Below are positions 9,574 through 18,653 of a stretch of DNA of 44,770 bases, piece after piece. Position 1 is the stretch's first letter. Each line of letters opens with the position of its first letter. Origin of the DNA: an uncultured bacterium. GTDB taxonomy: Bacteria > Fidelibacterota > Marinisomatia > SCGC-AAA003-L08 > D37C17. The notes under the pieces were generated by a model. The model searched no databases, had not been told where the DNA came from, and was given only the letters and a program-made list of their open reading frames with translations. A program made the translations under genes and the position numbers. The stretch is taken from contig CAYFHL010000001.1 of assembly GCA_964342955.1 (NCBI GenBank), positions 1 to 44,770 of the forward strand. Reading direction: 5' to 3'.

Positions 9574-10169
9574 AAAAGCTACTCTTAATCAATCTTAATC
9601 AAACTGTTGGAAAACAAGTTTTAATAGAACGAAGAAATGAAACTATCCGATGGGCTCTCTTTGGATCTATGTGTTTTTTCTTATTTGGATTTTTGACTTG
9701 GCAAATATATATGAATTATAGTCTTGGCAATTTAATTGATGCTCGCAATAATAGAATTGAAGATATCCGTTCTAAAACTCAAGCTTTAAAGGCTGAAGGA
9801 ATTGATTTATCTAAAAAAGACATCGAATCTTTATATAAATTTGAAAGCAATCGGATCTTTTGGACTAAAAAAATTCAAACTTTATCCCAAATCACCCCAG
9901 AAGATATGGCAATCACTGAGCTTTCATTTATAAATAATAGGTTTGTAATTTCAGCAATTTCTCCCTTGCTTCCAAACGAAAAGGAATTTAAAGTTATTGA
10001 TAAATTTATAAATTTGCTTGAAAATGAACATGAATTTTCTAAAGATTTTACATCAATCAAATTTCTAAATTCTGAAAGAGATGTTACAAAAAACCAAGAA
10101 ATTTTATCTTTTCAGATAGAAGCAAAATTTATGAAAAAGAAAAAAAGAAAAAAAAGAAGAGCAACCTAA
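9570..10169 (+). CDS. pilN: PilN-like fimbrial assembly protein
   Basis: 199 aa. N-terminal LLLINLNQ (INLLP-like), a single TM helix (WALFGSMCFFLFGFLTWQIY), then a coiled coil. The start overlaps the pilM stop (ATGA). Unusual KKKKRKKRRAT tail. Confidence 0.7.
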   Translation: MKKLLLINLNQTVGKQVLIERRNETIRWALFGSMCFFLFGFLTWQIYMNYSLGNLIDARNNRIEDIRSKTQALKAEGIDLSKKDIESLYKFESNRIFWTKKIQTLSQITPEDMAITELSFINNRFVISAISPLLPNEKEFKVIDKFINLLENEHEFSKDFTSIKFLNSERDVTKNQEILSFQIEAKFMKKKKRKKRRAT

Positions 10170-10727
10170 ATGCAACGTAATATTATTCTATTAACCGTGT
10201 TGATTGTGTTTAATCTAGGATTTTGGTTTATAAAATCTTTTTATTTTAATTCTAAACCTGATATTATTTTAAATTTAGAAAATGAACAAAACATCGTAAA
10301 TGAAAAATATATTACAGCTCAAATTTTATCTCAAAGCCTTGATATGGTTTATAAACTCTTTGAAGAAAATTTGGCTATTGAAATAAGTGATGAACGTAAC
10401 GAATCAGCATCATTACCATTCATTAAATCTTTAACCGATATTCTAAATAACTTAGAGATAAAAATTTTGGGATTAAAACCTAAACCAATTGAAAAAGATG
10501 GTATTTATACTATAATACCGTACGAAATTGAAATAAAATGTAACTATGAAACATTTGGTAAGCTAATTAATGAACTAGAAAAGAATGATCGTTTAATTAT
10601 AATAGATGAATTCAAGTTGAATAATGGGCTAGAACGTATATCAAGTTCTTCTACCCCTGATGAATTATCAAACCAAAACATCGAAATGTTAATTTCTACC
10701 ATTACACTAAATAAAAGTAGGGGATAG
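10170..10727 (+). CDS. pilO: PilO-like pilus assembly protein
   Basis: 185 aa. N-terminal TM helix, coiled coil, small C-terminal domain. Assigned mostly from its position between pilN and the secretin genes. Confidence 0.55.
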   Translation: MQRNIILLTVLIVFNLGFWFIKSFYFNSKPDIILNLENEQNIVNEKYITAQILSQSLDMVYKLFEENLAIEISDERNESASLPFIKSLTDILNNLEIKILGLKPKPIEKDGIYTIIPYEIEIKCNYETFGKLINELEKNDRLIIIDEFKLNNGLERISSSSTPDELSNQNIEMLISTITLNKSRG

Positions 10728-10729
10728 GC

Positions 10730-11224
10730 TTGAATCTTCGTCAAAAATTCTTCTGGAATGTATTAATATTTTTATTTTTTATAAATGGAATCTTTGTTGT
10801 TTGGAGCCTTTTAGATATTAGGACATATAAAAAAGAAGTTTGGAATAATTTTACAAATGAAGAGATCGGAACAGATGAAAAACTTCAATCTAAGGTAAAA
10901 AAACTAGAAAATAACATTACAGAACGTAAATTATTTTCTTTCAAATTGAAAGAAAATCCAACTGATCTAACTAATGTCTTATCTTTAGGGGATGATTTTA
11001 AATATGGCATAGGATCTAGAGGCATGAGAGTAACAACATATACAAGTGCATCTGACCCCAAAATAGTTATTAACTATAAAAATAAAAATTACACTGTACA
11101 GGTGAATGATTCTATAGCAGGTGGTATTATCAAAAAAATTACCCCCACAAAAGTAATCTTTTTAAAAAATGATGAAGAGAAAGAGCTCCCTGTACCAAAT
11201 CTAAATAAAAAAAATATTAATTAA
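10730..11224 (+). CDS. PilP-like protein (membrane-anchored, small beta domain)
   Basis: TTG start, 164 aa. N-terminal TM helix. The C-terminal YTVQVNDSIAGGIIKKITPTKVIFLKNDEE resembles the PilP beta-sandwich. Lies immediately upstream of the secretin. Confidence 0.4.
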   Translation: MNLRQKFFWNVLIFLFFINGIFVVWSLLDIRTYKKEVWNNFTNEEIGTDEKLQSKVKKLENNITERKLFSFKLKENPTDLTNVLSLGDDFKYGIGSRGMRVTTYTSASDPKIVINYKNKNYTVQVNDSIAGGIIKKITPTKVIFLKNDEEKELPVPNLNKKNIN

Positions 11225-11228
11225 AAAA

Positions 11229-12662
11229 ATGACTGTGATTATGAATATAAAAAACATTTTATTATTACTTACCCTAGCAACATTTTGTTTTTCTGAATCT
11301 GAAAATCAAAAGCTAATTACTGTTCACGCGGAAGATGCAAATTTATCTACTATTCTTGCAATACTTGCTCAAGAGAGTGGTTATAACATTGTGACAGGTC
11401 CTATGGTTAACCAAGAAGATCGACTTACTATACATATTGATAAAACACCCGTTGAACAAGCAATAAATCTAGTTGTACGTGCCTCTGGTTTAAGTTATGA
11501 AATTGTTGGCAATTCAATTTTAGTAGCACAAAAAGAAAAACTAGCAGAAGAAATTGGCATTAGCCCACATGTAATTGAATTGCAATATGCTACCGCCGAT
11601 GAAGTGATGAAGTTATTAGAAAATGTTACTGAAAATATAAGGGTTGATAAATCTGGCAATAAGCTCTTAATAAATACTAATCCTAAAAAAATATCTGAAA
11701 TTAAAGATATTGTAAATAAAGTTGATATCCCTGCTTTGCAAATTATGTTAGAAGCACGATTAATAGAAGTAGCAATTTCTGAAGAACAAAAACTTGGTAT
11801 TGATTGGGCTAGGTTAGCCCAAATAACAACTATTGTTGTAGAAAATGCTGCTCCTTTAGATTTACCAGGAGGAATAAATACAGGATCTCTATATCCTGGT
11901 TCAAGCTATGGTTTTAATGAAAATGGCGAAATAGTTCCATCAGTAGAACCTGAAGATGCTAATATTTTACCTGAAAATAAATATTTTCAGAGAATAGATC
12001 CTAGTAATAGAATTGGTTTTAGCCGTCAAATGAGTGCTTTTGATATAACTTTAGATTTGCTCTTAAAAGATAATAAGGCAGAAGTTTTAGCTAATTCTAA
12101 AGTAGTTACTTTGAATGGCCATGAAGCGAGTATATCAATGGTTGATATTGTCCCATATATATTGTCTACTGGCGGAGTAGGGGGCCAAGTTCAAGTTCAA
12201 AGAGAAGAAGTTGGAATTAAATTAAATATTTTACCTACAATTAATACCGATGGATTCATTACGACTTCAATTACTCCGGAAGTAAGTTCAATATTTGATT
12301 TTATTGGACCCGATAGGAATATCCCTTGGGTAAAAAAACGTATTTCAAATACCACGATTCGAGTAAAAGATGGTGAGTCAATTATTATTGCTGGATTGCT
12401 AGGAATGGATAAAAAATTTGTAAAACAGAGATTTCCTCTGTTTTGGCGAATTCCATATATTGGTGAACGATTTTTTACTCATACAGTTGAACAGGAAAAT
12501 AAAACTGATCTAATTATTCAAATCACTCCACACATTGTTAAAGATAATTATACTGGAATTGAAAAAAGTTTGTTGCAGAAAATGACAGAGATAGAAGCAT
12601 TTGGAACTAATCCTACTGATACAACAGATACAATAAAGGAAACTAATAATGAAAATGAATAA
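11229..12662 (+). CDS. pilQ: secretin (PilQ/GspD/MshL family), compact form
   Basis: 477 aa with a signal peptide. STN/N0-like ANLSTILAILAQESGYNIV...AINLVVRASGLSYEIVGNSILV. Secretin core VLANSKVVTLNGHEASI, IRVKDGESIIIAGLLG, RIPYIGERFF, DLIIQITPHIV. Confidence 0.85.
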   Translation: MTVIMNIKNILLLLTLATFCFSESENQKLITVHAEDANLSTILAILAQESGYNIVTGPMVNQEDRLTIHIDKTPVEQAINLVVRASGLSYEIVGNSILVAQKEKLAEEIGISPHVIELQYATADEVMKLLENVTENIRVDKSGNKLLINTNPKKISEIKDIVNKVDIPALQIMLEARLIEVAISEEQKLGIDWARLAQITTIVVENAAPLDLPGGINTGSLYPGSSYGFNENGEIVPSVEPEDANILPENKYFQRIDPSNRIGFSRQMSAFDITLDLLLKDNKAEVLANSKVVTLNGHEASISMVDIVPYILSTGGVGGQVQVQREEVGIKLNILPTINTDGFITTSITPEVSSIFDFIGPDRNIPWVKKRISNTTIRVKDGESIIIAGLLGMDKKFVKQRFPLFWRIPYIGERFFTHTVEQENKTDLIIQITPHIVKDNYTGIEKSLLQKMTEIEAFGTNPTDTTDTIKETNNENE

Positions 12663-14949
12663 TCTAATTTATCATATACTTCTTATATTTATTTTATCCC
12701 TTATTTCATTAACTTGCGATACACGACAGCCAACCACAACTGATGATGGAGACAACTACACTTTAATCAATTCATTAATACTAACATCCAGTGTTTCTGA
12801 AATAAACGTACAAAATCTATTGACTAATTATACTGCAGATGTCCACGCCAGTGCAATAGATGAAAATGGTATTGCTATTGGTGACATTGAAATTAACTTT
12901 GAAAAATTGAGTGGGCCCGGTTACTTATCATCTGGTAATGCTGAAACTTCAGATACTTCACAAGCTACTACAGTTTATCATGTTGTTCCTGCTGATCCAA
13001 ACTTTAATTTTTCTAATTCCTGTGAAATACGTGGATACCTAAAAAATAAACCAGAAATTTCTGATACCATTTCTTTAACATTTACAGATAATGTCCCTGA
13101 TTGTAATGATTGTGAAGCTGGATTAACAATTTTAGTTGTACCTGATAGTTTGCCTCAAAACAATCAAGATTATTCAATAATTTACGCACAAATCACTGAT
13201 TCATTAGGTACAGGTGAAATTAATGAATGGGTTAGCTTTAACAATTTTATTGATTCTTCAGGTGTTAATGTAAACTTTGGCCAAATTGATCCTCCTTTTG
13301 CTCAAACTGATTCTAATGGAATTGCAACTTCTACTTTTCAAATGACTACTAAAACTGGTTATGGAAAAGTTTTTGCATCATGGAATCAGTATTCTGATAC
13401 AACAATCGTTGTGATTACTTCAAGTGATGCTGTTAGTTTAGAAATTATCCCGCCAATGCCAAATGTTATTATGATTCAAGGTGGAGGTGAAGATGAAGAA
13501 ACGGATATTACTGTTCAAATAAAAGATGGAAATGGTAATTTAGTTACTTCAGCCTATGTTGTTGCACTACAGGTAGCTCAGCCATCACCCCAAGGTGTAT
13601 TTTTATATACACAAGATGATACACTTAATGTAGGTACAATGGTTTCAGTTGTTTCTGTTAATGGTGAGGCAACTGCAACAATTCATTCGGGATCAGAGCC
13701 AGGATCTGTTAAGATCATAGCTGAGTTATATAATTTAGATGATGATATCAATACTACAGAACCAATCGCAAGTGCTGAAGAGATTCCAGTAACAATTGTT
13801 ACTGGCCCCCCAGCAATGGGTGAAATTAATTTTAGCTATGTTGATATTACTCCTGTAGGAGGTGGTATATATGAAATTCCTATTGGTACTTTATTATATG
13901 ATATACACGGTAATCCCGTTGCAGACTCTACTAATATTTATTATACAATTAGAGAACTTGCTTCTCCTTGGAATCAAAATATTGAATATGATCCAGCAGA
14001 CCGAGTATGGTGGGCTCCCGATACTATTACAAATCCTAATTCTATTGATAGTTTAACATATCAATGTGCCAATAGATTATCACAATATTTAACAGTGGAT
14101 GAATGTGAACAAGCAGCAGGAATCTGTTCTGATGGTATCAACAATGATAACTTTACTGCTTGTATAGATGCTGGGGCAACCTGGTTACCAACTTACTCGT
14201 GGATCTTAGGTGAATGTTTTGATCTTTGCCCTAGTGGATCAAACCCATCCGATGAATCCATTTGGGAAATATATCCTCATCCTGCAGAAATTATAGGTTC
14301 TGGATGGACAGGGATGACCGGAATGAATGGTAACTCATACCCCGGATTAGCATGGACATATCTTTATTATGGTTCATCAAATGTTTTTGATAATGTTGTT
14401 ATTTTTGGACAAACATATGATGGCTTAGGTAACAATTTTATTGTTGACAGTAGAGATAGCCATGAAGGTGCTCCACTAATTATTCCATTTAGACCAGGTA
14501 TAGTTACTGTTTCAGCAAGTACAATGTATTGGGATTTTTCAATAATGGGAGGACCTGACTCTGATCCAATTACTATTACAGGAACTCTAATTGATTATTA
14601 TGAATATCCTATTGAAGGTGGTCGTTTACAAATTTCAGCGCTTGGAGCACAAGGCATACCTGATACATGTCTTGACGAAAATGGCGAAATTATTGAAGAA
14701 ATTGAAACTGAAGATGATTGTGTTGCTATAGGTGGAACATGGTCATTTATTAATCCAAAATTAACAGATAATACCGGTACAGTAAGTTGGTTAGTTCAAT
14801 ATAATGAAAATTTATGTCCTCCTAATGGAAATGAATCTCCAATAACATATAGTGATTTTACATCAAATGTATCTATAACACTATTAGATCCACAAATGAC
14901 ATCTAGTGAGGTAATTGATATATTATTGAAAAAAACTCAAATAGATTAA
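12649..14949 (+). CDS. 766-aa predicted lipoprotein with Ig-like (Big-type) repeats, function unknown, embedded in the pilus operon
   Basis: Signal peptide with a lipobox-like LISLTC. Repeated segments typical of bacterial Ig-like domains (TADVHASAIDENGIAIGDIEINF, AQTDSNGIATSTFQ, VSVNGEATATIHSGSEPGSVKIIAE). The start overlaps the pilQ end by 14 nt, and pilB follows 17 nt downstream. Confidence 0.6.
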   Translation: MKMNNLIYHILLIFILSLISLTCDTRQPTTTDDGDNYTLINSLILTSSVSEINVQNLLTNYTADVHASAIDENGIAIGDIEINFEKLSGPGYLSSGNAETSDTSQATTVYHVVPADPNFNFSNSCEIRGYLKNKPEISDTISLTFTDNVPDCNDCEAGLTILVVPDSLPQNNQDYSIIYAQITDSLGTGEINEWVSFNNFIDSSGVNVNFGQIDPPFAQTDSNGIATSTFQMTTKTGYGKVFASWNQYSDTTIVVITSSDAVSLEIIPPMPNVIMIQGGGEDEETDITVQIKDGNGNLVTSAYVVALQVAQPSPQGVFLYTQDDTLNVGTMVSVVSVNGEATATIHSGSEPGSVKIIAELYNLDDDINTTEPIASAEEIPVTIVTGPPAMGEINFSYVDITPVGGGIYEIPIGTLLYDIHGNPVADSTNIYYTIRELASPWNQNIEYDPADRVWWAPDTITNPNSIDSLTYQCANRLSQYLTVDECEQAAGICSDGINNDNFTACIDAGATWLPTYSWILGECFDLCPSGSNPSDESIWEIYPHPAEIIGSGWTGMTGMNGNSYPGLAWTYLYYGSSNVFDNVVIFGQTYDGLGNNFIVDSRDSHEGAPLIIPFRPGIVTVSASTMYWDFSIMGGPDSDPITITGTLIDYYEYPIEGGRLQISALGAQGIPDTCLDENGEIIEEIETEDDCVAIGGTWSFINPKLTDNTGTVSWLVQYNENLCPPNGNESPITYSDFTSNVSITLLDPQMTSSEVIDILLKKTQID

Positions 14950-14965
14950 ATAAAGGAATATTCTT

Positions 14966-16687
14966 TTGAAAAATTTTAATCCACAATTTGAAAAAATAGG
15001 TGATATTCTCGTCCATGAAAATCTTATTTCAGAGCAGCAATTAAATGATGCTTTAACTGAGCAGAAAACAACTAATGAAAAATTGGGACATATACTGTTA
15101 AAAAATAGCTTGATTACAGAAGATAATCTTGTAAAAGTCTATTCTCTTCAGTTAGGATATAAACATATTTTTGAGGAAGATATGATGAAGGCACCAAGTG
15201 AAGTTGTTAGTTTGATTTCAGAAGATTTTTCTAGAGAAAATAATGTTCTTGCCCTCAATAAAACAGATTCAACGATTTTAGTTGCCATGGAAGACCCCGA
15301 AGATTTAGGTGTATTAGATGCAATTAAAAAAATAACTCAATTGTCACCAGAAGTTGTTGTTGCTGGTCAATCATCAATAAAACATGTTATAGATGAGTTA
15401 TATAGTAAAATAAAACAAACGGGTGAAGTCGAAACTGCAATTTCAAATATAAGTATCGTTCGAGAAGATGAAGAAGGAAAGGATGAATTAGATTTAGCTA
15501 CTGAACAAGTATCGGCAGAAGATGCACCTTTTGTAAAGCTTGTTAATCTAATTCTTATGGAAGCTATAAAAGAAAATTCAACTGATATTCATATTGAACC
15601 TGGGAAAGAAGAGGTTCTTGTCCGTATAAGGATTGATGGTGTTCTATCAAAAATCATGTCTCCGCCTATAACTTCATTAAAAGGAATTGTAACTAGAACA
15701 AAAATTTTATCTAAATTAAATATTGCTGAACATCGATTACCTCAAGATGGTAGAATGAAAATTAAAGCTGCTGAAAGAGAAATCGATGTTCGTGTATCTA
15801 TTTTACCAACAGTTCATGGTGAAAAAGTTGTATTAAGATTGCTTGGAAGTGGGGAAAAAAATCTTACTCTTAATAATCTAGGATTCCCAGAAAACAAATT
15901 AAATATTTTTAAAAAATGGATAAACCAACCATATGGAATGGTACTTATTTCAGGACCAACAGGTAGTGGAAAATCAACAACTCTTTATGCATCCTTACAA
16001 GAAATTCAATCTGAAGGTGTAAACATTACCACTGTTGAAGATCCAGTTGAATATCAAGTACCTGGGATTAATCAAGTACAAATTCATGACAAAATTGGTT
16101 TAAACTTTTCAAGCTCTTTACGTTCTATATTAAGGCAAGACCCTGATATATTACTTATTGGTGAAATTAGAGATAATGAAACTGCAGATATTGCTGTAAA
16201 ATTTTCACTTACGGGACATTTGGTATTCAGTACTGTTCATGCTAATGATGCACCTTCAACTATTACTCGTTTATTAGATATAGGTATACCTCCTTTTTTA
16301 TTAGGATCTAGTTTGAACCTTGTTATGGCTCAAAGATTAGTTCGAACTATTTGTAAAAACTGTCAAGAAGTCTATCAGCCAACTAATGATGAATTGGATA
16401 AAATTAAAATTTCAAAAGAAATCTTAGATAAATCAACATTTTATCATGGTAAGGGATGTAGCCAATGTCGATATACTGGATATAAAGGTAGAACTGCTAT
16501 ACATGAAATTCTAGAATTAACAAATAATGTTAGAAGCTTAATCTTTGATGGAGCAAACGAAGAACAAATTAAAGAAAGAGCAATTACCGATGGAATGACA
16601 CCACTAAGGGATGCAGGGATAGAAAAAATTCTAGGTGGATTTACAACTATCAAAGAAGTCTTAAGATCTACTGTTGAAGATTATTAA
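14966..16687 (+). CDS. pilB: type IV pilus / T2SS assembly ATPase (PilB/GspE/MshE family) with an MshEN-type N-terminal domain
   Basis: TTG start preceded by AAGGAA. 573 aa. Walker A GPTGSGKSTT, VEDPVEY, Walker B ILLIGEIRD, LVFSTVHAN. Tetracysteine CKNC...CSQC. N-terminal tandem 24-residue MshEN-like motifs. Confidence 0.9.
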   Translation: MKNFNPQFEKIGDILVHENLISEQQLNDALTEQKTTNEKLGHILLKNSLITEDNLVKVYSLQLGYKHIFEEDMMKAPSEVVSLISEDFSRENNVLALNKTDSTILVAMEDPEDLGVLDAIKKITQLSPEVVVAGQSSIKHVIDELYSKIKQTGEVETAISNISIVREDEEGKDELDLATEQVSAEDAPFVKLVNLILMEAIKENSTDIHIEPGKEEVLVRIRIDGVLSKIMSPPITSLKGIVTRTKILSKLNIAEHRLPQDGRMKIKAAEREIDVRVSILPTVHGEKVVLRLLGSGEKNLTLNNLGFPENKLNIFKKWINQPYGMVLISGPTGSGKSTTLYASLQEIQSEGVNITTVEDPVEYQVPGINQVQIHDKIGLNFSSSLRSILRQDPDILLIGEIRDNETADIAVKFSLTGHLVFSTVHANDAPSTITRLLDIGIPPFLLGSSLNLVMAQRLVRTICKNCQEVYQPTNDELDKIKISKEILDKSTFYHGKGCSQCRYTGYKGRTAIHEILELTNNVRSLIFDGANEEQIKERAITDGMTPLRDAGIEKILGGFTTIKEVLRSTVEDY

Positions 16688-17928
16688 TGGCTGAGTTTAG
16701 CTATATTATTAGGACATCTGATGGAATACGAAAAGAAGGAACTCTAGATTCTGAAAATATAAATGCTGCATCAGAAATACTACGCCAAGATGAATCAGTA
16801 ATTATTAAACTTACTGAAAGAGACACGTCCTTTGATTTTATGGGACCTTTCATTGAACGTCTTTATCTTCAAATTGAAAAATTTAAAACACGTATTTCAC
16901 TAAATACATTAGTTTTCTTTACACGTCAGTTAGCAACAATGTTTGCTGCTGGTTTAACAATTGAAAGATCTATGTATTTTTTATCAAGTGAAGAAAAAAA
17001 CCCTCGCTTTAAAAAAATATTAAATAAAATTGAAGATAATATAAAAAAAGGATTATTATTATCTGAAGCTCTAGAACGTCACCCTAGTGTGTTTTCTAAT
17101 CTATTTATTTCGCTTGTGAGAGCAGGTGAAGTTAGTGGAAAACTAGCAACTACTTTAGAAGAGTTAGCTATATATCTTGAGGCTGTTGAAGATACGCAAC
17201 GTAAAGTTAAATCTGCGATGTATTACCCTGTATTTATTATTGGTTTTCTTATAATTATGTTATTTGTTATGTTTACATTTATTATACCGAAATTTTCAGA
17301 TGTATATGATACATTAGGTGCTGACTTACCTTATTATACAGTTTTGCTTGTACAAATAGGTCAATGGACACAAAATAATATTGGATTTGTATTAAGTATT
17401 TCATTTATAACCTTAATGTCTTTTTGGTTATTTTCTTTAACTAATCAAGGCCGCTTATTATGGGATAGATTATTATTAAATATACCTGTTTTTGGTAGTC
17501 TTATAGAACAAAACATCATAAGTAAATTTTCCAAAACATTTGGTATATTAATTAGTGCTGGTGTCTCAGTTCTTGAAGCAATGAATCTTGTAAAAAAAGT
17601 TGTTGAAAATAGAGTATATGAAATTGAAATCGAAAATGCATGTAAAGAAATTGAAAATGGTGTCAATATCTCCCAAGCTCTAAAGGCAACAAATATTTTT
17701 CCTCCTATTATGATACAATTGTTAGCTACAGGAGAGGAAACGGGTGAAATAGATACACTAAGTTTAAAAGCATCTGAATTTTATACAAAACAAGTTAATG
17801 GAATCGTAGATAGACTTACATCTATTATTGAACCCGCTCTTATTATTATGGTAGGAGCAGTTATTGGAATTATAATCATCATTACATATTTACCTATTTT
17901 CCAATTTGGTGAGGCACTAGGAAATTAA
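16687..17928 (+). CDS. pilC: pilus/T2SS platform protein PilC/GspF
   Basis: 413 aa. Two GspF-type repeats (FTRQLATMFAAGLTIERS, FSKTFGILISAGVSVLEA, LLATGEETGEID) and three TM segments. Confidence 0.9.
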   Translation: MAEFSYIIRTSDGIRKEGTLDSENINAASEILRQDESVIIKLTERDTSFDFMGPFIERLYLQIEKFKTRISLNTLVFFTRQLATMFAAGLTIERSMYFLSSEEKNPRFKKILNKIEDNIKKGLLLSEALERHPSVFSNLFISLVRAGEVSGKLATTLEELAIYLEAVEDTQRKVKSAMYYPVFIIGFLIIMLFVMFTFIIPKFSDVYDTLGADLPYYTVLLVQIGQWTQNNIGFVLSISFITLMSFWLFSLTNQGRLLWDRLLLNIPVFGSLIEQNIISKFSKTFGILISAGVSVLEAMNLVKKVVENRVYEIEIENACKEIENGVNISQALKATNIFPPIMIQLLATGEETGEIDTLSLKASEFYTKQVNGIVDRLTSIIEPALIIMVGAVIGIIIIITYLPIFQFGEALGN

Positions 17929-18653
17929 TGTATTTGCTACACCTATTGTCGTCCATAATTGGTTTGGCAGTTGGTAGTTTTTTAAACGTTGTATTATATA
18001 GAAGTAAAAAAAAAATATCCATTATTACACCTAGATCCTTTTGCCCAAAATGTAAATATTCTATACCCTTTTATAGGAACATTCCATTAGTTAGTTTTTT
18101 TTTACAAAAAGGAAAATGTAATAATTGTTCTAAAAAAATTCCTTATATATACCCTATAATTGAATTTTGTGTTGGTTTAGTATTTTTAATAAGTGCTTTA
18201 TTTTTAGATACAATAGAACATGTTTTTTTTATATGGATGTTTTCTAACTTAATGATTATAATTATTATAGATCAAAGGCAAATGATCATTCCAATCACAC
18301 CAATCTTTCTGATGATTATTAGTATCATAATCTATCATGTCATTTACCTTGATAATCTTTTTTTTACCTTATCTGGGGCACTAATTGGAACTGGATATTT
18401 ATCATTCTCACTAATTATTACTTGGATAATATATAAAAAACAAACTCTAGGATTTGGAGATTTACAGCTAATTGCTGTTTTGGGTGCTTGGGTAGGGCCC
18501 TTTCAAATTATATGGGTTATAATTTTATCATCAATTATAGCTCTAATATCTATAGGCATAACTAGTTACAAAAAAGGAATCTATATTAATAAGCCCATAC
18601 CCTTTGCTCCATTTTTATCAATTTCAGCTATTATAATTTACCTTATTAATTAA
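17928..18653 (+). CDS. pilD: prepilin peptidase (A24 family) PilD
   Basis: 241 aa, polytopic. N-terminal CPKC...CNNC zinc-binding box. Catalytic Asp contexts IIIDQRQMIIP and GFGDLQLIAVLGAWVG. Confidence 0.9.
   Translation: MYLLHLLSSIIGLAVGSFLNVVLYRSKKKISIITPRSFCPKCKYSIPFYRNIPLVSFFLQKGKCNNCSKKIPYIYPIIEFCVGLVFLISALFLDTIEHVFFIWMFSNLMIIIIIDQRQMIIPITPIFLMIISIIIYHVIYLDNLFFTLSGALIGTGYLSFSLIITWIIYKKQTLGFGDLQLIAVLGAWVGPFQIIWVIILSSIIALISIGITSYKKGIYINKPIPFAPFLSISAIIIYLIN

Noticed and set aside
130-18014. Long homopolymer runs inside coding sequence (A10 in pgsB at about 134-143, A10 in pilD at 18005-18014, T8-T9 runs in pilD) as phase-variation switches.
   Set aside because: They encode Lys/Phe runs in an extremely AT-rich genome, where such tracts are frequent. 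Nothing suggests on/off frames, and all the ORFs are intact.
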